NCBI GenBank assembly: GCA_002269645.1
Contig: NIVC01004231.1
Location: 1-25,780, forward strand
Origin: Macrostomum lignano
Taxonomy: Eukaryota
Direction of reading: 5' to 3'
Length of the DNA stretch: 25,780 nt
The notes under the pieces were generated by a model. The model ran no database searches and was not told where the DNA came from. It saw only the letters and a program-made list of their open reading frames with translations. A program made the position numbers and the translations under genes. Of this stretch, positions 1 through 8,400 are shown piece after piece; within the stretch, counting starts at the first letter, position 1; each line of letters starts with the position of its first letter.

Positions 1-189
1 CAAACAACGCGTCAACTTAGTATATTAGACGAGTGGAACTCCTCCTTCGGAGGAGGAAAGGGGAAGAACTCCATCACCGGAATTCCATTTCCTGAAATAT
101 CCATCAACTGAAATTCCATGTCTTTAACCCTATCTTCCAAATCGTCTCCAAATTCTTTACAAAATCTTTCAAAGACCATAGCTCAAAGA

Positions 190-1140
190 CTCTCAAGTCT
201 CTCATATCTCCTCTCTCCTCTCTCTCATTCTCTACTACCCCTGCTCCCTTATTTATCTCTTCTCCCTTCGTCTTTCGTCTGTACCCTCTCCTGTCTCTTG
301 TCCGTCTCTTCTTCATATCTCTCCCTCTTCTCTCTCTCTCATATGTCATCTCTACTCACTTATCTATCGTCTCTCTTAACCCTCTCTGTCTCTTCTCTTT
401 TCTCTTCTCTCAGCTCTCATTTATCATATCTCATATACGCTCTCACACTCTACTTTCTTGTCTCCATCTTTCTTTCCTTCTTTCCACTATCCCCTGTCTC
501 TTCTCTTCTCTCTTTTATATCCTCTCCATTCTCTCTTTTCTCCTCTCCTTGCTCCTTTGATCTTCTCCCCTCTCTTCTCTAATCTCTAATCTCTTCTCTC
601 TTATGTTCTCACGCATCTCTTCTCATCGCATCTCTTATCTCTCCTCTCCTCACTACTTTCCTCTCTGATCTTTCATCTCTCTCCTCTCTCCTCACTCTCT
701 TCTCCTTTCGCTTCTCTCTCCTCTCTCTCCTCTCATCTCTACTACCTTATTTATATCTTCTCCCTGGTCTTTCGTCTGCTCTCTCTCCTGTCTCCTTTCT
801 CCCCTCTTTTCTCTTCTCTTCTCTCTCCTTTCCTCTCTCATCTCTCATCCCTCATCTCACTCTTTCTTTCTCCTCTACTCTCCCCTCTCTTCTATTTCCT
901 CTGTACGCTCTTATCCCTCATCTATTCTCTCTCCTATTATCTCTCTTGTCTCCCTTTGCTATCTCATATCTCCCCTCTCATCTCCTCTCTCCTCTTCTCT
1001 TCTCTCTCCCTCTTCGTTCCCGCCTTACTCCCCTCTTCTCTCCCATCTGTCATGTCTAATCTCTCCATTCATTTCTACTCTGTTTTCTATCATGTCATCG
1101 CTCTTCTCTTTTCATTCTTCTCTTTACTCTCTTCTCTGAC
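190..1140 (+). repeat. Polypyrimidine (CT-rich) low-complexity tract
   Basis: Nearly all C/T on the plus strand. Homologous tracts at about 14225-14768, 15100-16080, 17635-18645, 20150-21268 and 22925-23712. Confidence 0.9.
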
Positions 1141-1569
1141 TGATTGAAGATGCCAAATCCATCAAGATCCTCTCTGCGAAGCAGAAATCTTGTCTGTGCA
1201 ACTGAAAACCATCGAAATCCTCTCCGTAAAACTGGACTCCTTCGAAATCCTCTCATTAAAACTTAAATCCATCAAAATGGTCTTCATAAAACAGAAATCA
1301 ATTATAAATTATCTCCGCGAAACAGAAAATCCTCTCCGTGAAGCTGAACATCATCGAAATCCTCTCTTCGTGAAACTGAACATCATCGAAATCCTCTCTT
1401 CGTGAAACTGAACATCATCGAAATCCTCTCTTCGTGAAACTGAACATCATCGAAATCCTCTCCACGAAACAGAAATCCTCTCTGTCAAATTAAAACATTG
1501 AAATCGTCTCCGCTAAACTGGACTCAATCAATTTTTTTCCGTCAAACAACTCAACTCCGGATTCATTGG

Positions 1570-1596
1570 TTAGGGTTAGGGTTAGGGTTAGGGTTA
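1570..1596 (+). repeat. (TTAGGG)4 telomere-like block
   Basis: Read directly. Confidence 0.95.
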
Positions 1597-2524
1597 AAAC
1601 TACGCACAGCTTCGTGTTAAAAGGCGCTGATAAAAATATTGAACTAATTGAATCAATTCATTGCGCAACCGATTTCACAGTCAGTCAGTATCAGTCTAAG
1701 TTAAAGTTAACAAAAACATTGCGCAATCTAAATCAACCCTCCAATACACAGCAGCAGTGAGAAGTTGAACTCTCCCCCAACTTTATCTATTACGTCTCGC
1801 AAAACTGAGTACAATTTTTGCAGAAAGTTAAAAGTATGGAAATAGTTTTTTCAATGCTGTGCTCTTTCTTTTCATATTTAAAGCAAACAATTTATATCCC
1901 TGAAATCAGCTTTGCAAGTTCTTTCCAGCAATATTAATTTTTTCTCTCAAAGTTAAAAACTCGAGCAACAGTTTGCGTTTGAAACTTTCTGATTTAAAGC
2001 ATTGAAATATCAATTGTACGTTCACTGCCTGCTAAAGAGGCCCGCAAGTTTATGCATTGAATTTCAAGGTTCAACAAAATCACAGGGCTGCCTATTGAAA
2101 ATTAGAACACAAATCTTTGCGCAATTGTCTATACAGTCAGCCAGTGAGCCAGGGTCCGATTGTACACAGGCAGCCATTTAGAACGCCCCATCCCCCACTG
2201 GAGAGAAAATACACTGCAGAGATAGGGAAAAGTTGTGGCGCAATCACTTGAAATTCATGCAAATTTTCAGCTCCAAGCAGAAAGAGGGGACAATTAAGAT
2301 TATCAAAGGTCAAGACCGCCGTTTTCTGCTTTTTTGAGGATCTTAGAAATTAAAATTTCAGAATTAAAATAGCCTATAGCCGACCTCGGATAATTTCCAA
2401 TCTTCCCATATAAGTTTCAACGCTGAGTTGCCACTATTCAAGGAGGAGTTGTCGAAATGACAGACACACAGACAGACAGACAGACAGACAAACAACGCGT
2501 CAACTTTAGTATATACGAGGCCAA

Positions 2525-2541
2525 CTCCTCCGCTGGAGGAG
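2525..2541 (-). terminator. Helitron 3' terminal hairpin (putative rolling-circle stop signal)
   Basis: Perfect 7-bp stem with a 3-nt loop, 9 nt from the inferred CTCG end. Equivalents start at 39, 11627, 12853, 14076, 14952, 17488, 19999, 22778 and 25269. Confidence 0.75.
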
Positions 2542-3979
2542 AAAGGGGAAGAACTCCTATCACCGGAATTCCATTAAGTGATCTCCATCAGCTGAATCCC
2601 ATAACCCAACTCAGTTTCAGTAAAAGTCACACGAAGCAGCTTTGACATTGACATAACTATTTCTCAGGCAGTCAGTATCAGTCTCAATTAAGTGAACATT
2701 ATAGTTGCGCAATCTATGTAAATCAACCCTCCAATACACAGCGACCCACCCCCTCCAATGCACCGCGGCATTTGACCCCCCACCTCTTGAATTTCACTGC
2801 GCAGCTAATACACAGGGCTGCCTTTTGAAAGGCACCGATAATAAAGCTGTAAAATTCAAGTGCTCACTGTCAACTGAAATTGATGCAAATCAAACTTTAG
2901 GAATATGAGTCAGCGTTAGGGTGCGATTGCAGCTTAAATGTTCTGCTATGGCATTCTCTATTAAGAGCTTAGAGTTCACAGTCAGTCTAAAATTGTGATA
3001 ATCTAAAGTCTGTGATAGACCGCCACTTTGCGCAAATCATTAATTGAATGAATCACTCTGTAACAGCTGGTTGGCTACTCATTCTCTGCCAATTCATTGT
3101 AAGGCAGTTAAATGTGCGAAAAACTGATTGGCTGCCCGTCAGCTATAGCAGTCATGCAGGACTGTACATCTTAGTGAGAATGGTGGAAAAAGTACCAAAA
3201 CTACTTTGTATAGCTGCACTGAATTACAACTTCTTGACTTCTTCAAGTACTTATGTTGCTGCGTTCCTTTCACAGCTAGCTGAATACCCCTACTCGAATT
3301 CCTTCACCTCTGTTGAATATAAAAACTAATTCAAAGACATTATTGGGGGGTACGCAGGAAACGATCGAATAAATGGGATAGTCTCTTTGGCTAAGTACTT
3401 GTTAAGTTTAAATTCATGTGAATTTTATGCCTTTCCATTACTTATACATGTTACTAATAGCCTATGATTGACAGCCTTGTTTGTATTCTGAATCCTGCGC
3501 ACCCCGAGTACAGTATGGCATATATTTGTTTTAAGCAATGCATTACAATATAGGGATGCAAGCACAGGTGGAGAGAAATGGGAAGAGAAAAGGGCAAATA
3601 ATTATCAAGGTTGTTTTCTAGAGTTGTTTTTTAGACTTGATTGAAAATCTAAATAAGTATTTAGGAGGCGATCTAAGAGCTACACTGGGAACCTACTTTA
3701 TAGCATTTGAGCGCGATCATCTTTAACTTAAAAAATAGGATTTAAAATTGAGTGAAAATTATGCAGAACGAAATAGAATGTTTAATATAAATAATTACGT
3801 ATGGATACTTTGTACGTCGAAAATATTCTGAAAAATAAATACAGCAATTGGATCTAAATTGGTAGGAGCCCGAGCTTTCTTAGAAGCATCCCCTTATACT
3901 AAAATATTATATCTGTAATTCATTCAGCAGCTCTGTAAGTGGAACAGTTTTGCCAGTAGTTTATTATTCATGTTACAAA

Positions 3980-4660
3980 ATTATCACTCATAATTCGTCA
4001 CTCTTATAATTCATCACTCTCATGATTTTGATTTTTGACTTTCATAATTTGTCACTCTCATATTTTTCACTCTTATAACTTGTCACACTCTCAATTCGGC
4101 ACTCTCATAAGTATTATCGCTCTCAAATTTGTTACTCTCATTATTTGCAAAACTCTTAATTAGGCACTCTCATAATTTATCACTCACATAATTTTCAACT
4201 CTCAACTTTTCACTCATAATTTGTCACTCTCATAGTTTGTCACTCATAATTTATCAATCTTATAATTTTTCACTCTGATAATTTGTCACTCCCTCGTCAT
4301 TTTTCACTCACTCACTCATAAAATTTGTAACTCCCTCATCCTTTTTCACTCAATCACTCTCATAATTTGGCACTCTCATAAGTATTATCGCTCTCGAATT
4401 CGTTACTCTCATAATTTGCCACACTTTGCCACAATTTGTCACTACCTCTCATCATTTTTCACTCACTTACTCTCATAATTTGGAACTCTTATATGCATTA
4501 TCGCTCTCAAATTTGTAACTCCCTTTCATACTTTGTCACTCACTCTCATAATTTGTCACTCGCTATCATAATTTGTCACTCACTCTCATTATTTGGCACT
4601 CACTCTCATTATTTGTCACTCGCTATCATAATTTGCCACTCACTCTTATAATCTGTCACT
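3980..4660 (+). repeat. Degenerate minisatellite (TCACTCTCATAATTTG-like, about 17-20 bp) downstream of the RepHel stop
   Basis: Recurring CACTCTCATAATTT motif. Present only in the autonomous copy. Confidence 0.85.
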
Positions 4661-4720
4661 CAAACCTATATATTTCTTTCATCCTGCCTATGATTCAGTT
4701 CAGTTCAGTTCAGATAATAG

Positions 4721-5491
4721 TTAGTTCTGCTTGCCGATAAGCTGGCGCAGCACGATGTTCCGCGTCCGTCCGCCTGGAGCCCGAACTTTGACGCCATCGG
4801 CACTCCGCGCACGACTCAGAGCCACGTAGAGCTGGCCATGCTGAAAGCAAGCCGTCGTCAGGTCGACGGCGTAGGTGCCCAGCGACTGGCCCTGGCTCTT
4901 GTGGATGGTCATGGCGAAGCACGGCCGGATCGGGAACTGCAGACGGCGGAAAACGAACGGAACCTCTGTCGGACTCGGCTCCTGCGGGATCCGCGGGATG
5001 AACACCTGCCGCGAACGGTAGACGCCAGTGGTTACCTCCGCTAGCAGGACGTTGTCACGCAGTTCACGCAGCAGCAGCCGAGTCCCGTTGCACAGCAGCG
5101 GTGGGTCGAGATTCCGCATCATGACGACCGGCATGCCGACCTTCAGCTCCAGTCGGTGATGCGACATACCGCTGGGGTCCAGCCGGTTCAGCAGCTCCGG
5201 CGGAAAATTGGTCGCTGCCGTGTCGTCATTCGGAATCGAGTCGACAGATAAGTAGAGTCGGCTCTCACCGGGGAAGAGCGCTAAGCAGGCGGCGTTGGCC
5301 TCGTCCACCGTCCTGTTGAGTGGCGCCAGGATGCTCCGCTCCGCGAACATCTGGTCACGCTGCGCACTCGGCTCAAAGGACGGGTAAACGTGCCGGATGA
5401 GCTGCTCAGTGGTTGTGTCCTCGGGCAGAAGGATCTCGCTAGGCAAGGAGACCATGCCCTCAACGTCCTCTGGCAGCTCCCCGTTGCCAAC
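4721..5491 (-). CDS. RepHel exon 9: Pif1 C-terminal motifs V-VI
   Basis: GTCAG| acceptor, begins VGNG. Contains ILAPLN, LKVG, LCNGTRL, KSQGQSL and HGQLYVALSRA, then TAA at 4723-4721. No endonuclease domain follows. Confidence 0.93.
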   Translation of the reverse strand, partial: VGNGELPEDVEGMVSLPSEILLPEDTTTEQLIRHVYPSFEPSAQRDQMFAERSILAPLNRTVDEANAACLALFPGESRLYLSVDSIPNDDTAATNFPPELLNRLDPSGMSHHRLELKVGMPVVMMRNLDPPLLCNGTRLLLRELRDNVLLAEVTTGVYRSRQVFIPRIPQEPSPTEVPFVFRRLQFPIRPCFAMTIHKSQGQSLGTYAVDLTTACFQHGQLYVALSRARSADGVKVRAPGGRTRNIVLRQLIGKQN

Positions 5492-8400
5492 CTGACGGTG
5501 AAAAAGTGGAATGAAATTTTACAATTTTTTCCTTCAATTCGCATGCTTAATGAGAGCATAGAAACTCCAGAGATTCTCACCTGCATAAGAAAATCCGCGT
5601 AGCTTTGGAGAGCCGAGCCGCCCTCCAGCCGCAGATTCCTTGTGAGCTGGTGCTGCCGGAAGTGCGGCCACAGCACCGACCGATTCAGGCAGGCTTCGAT
5701 CGTGTTGGCCTGCGTCCCTCCGGGCACAACAGCAAGCAACTGCCGAAAGTCGCCAGCCAGCACCAGCAGCGCTCCCCCGAACGGCTGCCCACCGTGCAGC
5801 AAATCCCGCAGAGTCCGCTCGACGATCTCGAGGTCTTTGCGGTGCGTCATCGGAGCCTCGTCCCACACGATGAGGCGGGCGTTCCGCAGAATCTCCGCCA
5901 ATTTGCTCCGCCTGCCGATGGAGCAGAAGGCGCTGTCCTGCCGTACAGCGCAGACGGGGATCTTGAACCTGTAGGCAGGTATCGCGAGGATGGTCAATTT
6001 GATGATAAATAAGGATGACTTTCTGTGCTTAAAAATAACAGTTTATAAAAATATTTATGCGGACACAAAACTCACATCGAGTGGGCGGTCCGACCTCCGG
6101 GTAGAATAGTCGCCGCGATGCCCGATGACGCGACGGCAACAGCGATTTGACGTCTTGCTCGAACCGACTTCAGCAGAAGTGTGAGCAGGAACGTCTTGCC
6201 TGTGCCTCCAGGAGCGTCAATGAAATGCAGCCCGCCGCCACCGGCCGTCAGATTGGACTGCACGGCCTCGAAGACAGCTCGCTGCTCGTCAGTCAGGGTA
6301 GCGACCAGCGCATCCACTTCGGACTGCAGCTCAGCAGCTTCATGGGCGTCGGCAGGCAGTCAGAAAGAAGCCGAGTCTGGATATTGAAAAGCTGTCATCA
6401 GTTAGCATAAAGGTAAAAATTAACAGTCAGTGCATAGAAGTGATTTTATTTACCTGATCCGCTCTGCCAGTGGTTGAGGAAGGCCGTAGGCAGACAGCTC
6501 GGATCCGCCCATCCGCTCCAGCCGCTTCTGCAGCGACCGCAGCACTTCGGCCATAGCAGCCTCGGCGCTCAAGCCCTGGTGCAGCAGGTCGCCAGCCATC
6601 TCGCGGGAAAACTCCTCCCAGAGCTTCACGGGGTCGCTTGGATCGCCGTGCGCCAAAATTGCGGCAAAAAGTCGGCGCAGAGCAGCAGGCATCCGCGTCT
6701 GGGCAGCTTCGGACAGACACAGCTGCCAGTGCCTGTCGTCTTCCAGCAGTCCGCGAGCCTGGCAGGCGGCCTTGAAGGTCGGCAGCAGGACTCCATCGAC
6801 AGTGCGCAGAGCCTCGAACGAAGTCGGGCCGCGCACATTCACCAGCAGCAGGCGCAGGTAAAAACAGTCGCCCATCCGTGGACTGACTGTGTAGATGCGG
6901 CCGATGTTGCTGGTCGTCAGAACATCGGCTGGCTGATCAGCAGCGACTCGGCCGCGACCTGCGCGATGCCACTGGTGCGCACTTCTGTCCCAGGTGAAGT
7001 GCCGGGGCACCTCCTGGTACAGCAGCCCTCGGGCGATATCGTCATGGCGACAAAGCTGGGCGGGTAAGAATAAGAACAGGAATTAACAGGAAGGAGGAAA
7101 AAGTTGAAAAATTGCACTTTTTCTGCAAAACTCACATCGAAGAAGGCGGTCAAAGTCGTGGCCTTGGGCGTAGCAGCAACAGCCTGAGCCGTCTCGTCTG
7201 TGAAGAAGACCCGCTGCTCGTCCTTAAGATGAACCGCGAGCCTGATCACAGGGGGGTATCGGCTGTGAACCTCAAAGCCCAGGATGGTGTTGACCGCCTC
7301 CATTGGACCGATGAACCTGCCCAGTAGGTATTCGTCGATCTCATCGATCTTGTGTCGCTTTGCGGAAGTCGCAGCAGCAGCAGCAGCAGTCCCAGTCGAC
7401 GTGGACGGACCGGCGATCGCCAGTGGTCCTTCAGTGGCCGAATCAGCGCTGGCATTCGCAGCAGCCGCCGACTCCTTACGGATCTGGTATGCTGCCATGT
7501 CGCTACCCTTGGTGATGTACTTCACCACGTACTTGATGGCCCGAACTGTCGCGCAGATCTCGACATTCAGGTGACAGCGAAACTCGCGCAGCAGCGCTGG
7601 GCAGTACGGCACCACCCAGCGGTTGTCAAAGGTGAACATCACCCTCTGACCGCCGCGCAGCTTTGCGAGCTTCGTCACCGTGAAGCCGCCCATCTCGACG
7701 GATCTGCGGCAGTAATGCGGGTAGCCATCCTCCTCCACCTTCGTGGCGGCCAGGAACTCCCTCGGGTAGCGCTTGCTGCACTTGCCTTTCTCCATGCACG
7801 CCGCGGCAGAGTTGAGCTGCTGCCCACAGGGACCGTGCAGCATGTTCTCCGCCACCAGCTGATGCAGGTCGGCGTCGGCGACAGGGTCCGGGATCTCCGC
7901 GCTGATGACGGCGTCGTACTGATCCGGCTTCAGCTTGTTCGCCAGCCACAGCAGCGCGTGCACGTGGGGAAGACCTGGTTGTGGATAAAATTTATTGATA
8001 ATTGATCATCAATAATTTTATTGAAATTTACGAAGTTATGGAGCCAACAGTTAATGCTACAGTTTAAAGCTTAAAAGTACACTTGCCTCGCTTCTGGTAC
8101 TCCAGCGAGCAGACTCGAGCCAGAGTATCTCCAAACAGACTCTTAAGCCTGTTTAAGAAGGCCTTCTTCTTCAGCTCGAACACCCGGGCGGTGATGTCCG
8201 GCCGATCGACGGCAGTCTGCCCTGGAAGCAGCTCGGCCAGAATTTCCGGCCACTTCGGGTTGCATGTCATCGTCAGAAACAGGTCTGGGCGGCCAAAGGC
8301 GTGAACATACGCCATGGCATCCTGCTGACGCTCCAGACGGTACCGTGGACCTCCCACGTAGCTGGAAGTAAGAATGACACGCTTCCCGACTTCTTCCGGC

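Larger units (their letters stand above)
30..2515 (-). mobile_element. Non-autonomous Helitron unit U1 (2.49 kb, long CT type)
   Basis: Hairpin at 39-55; junction reads CTCG|TCTAATATAC on the minus strand at 29/30. CT tract, 30-bp repeats, TTAGGG block and a GACA microsatellite at about 2459-2490. Confidence 0.8.

Noticed and set aside
1205-1490. CRISPR-like 30-bp repeats
   Set aside because: The repeats are contiguous with no unique spacers, there are no cas genes, and the context is eukaryotic and intron-containing.
3048-3329. 93-aa ORF as a captured gene
   Set aside because: No recognisable motif or splice support, and its composition matches the AT-rich surroundings.
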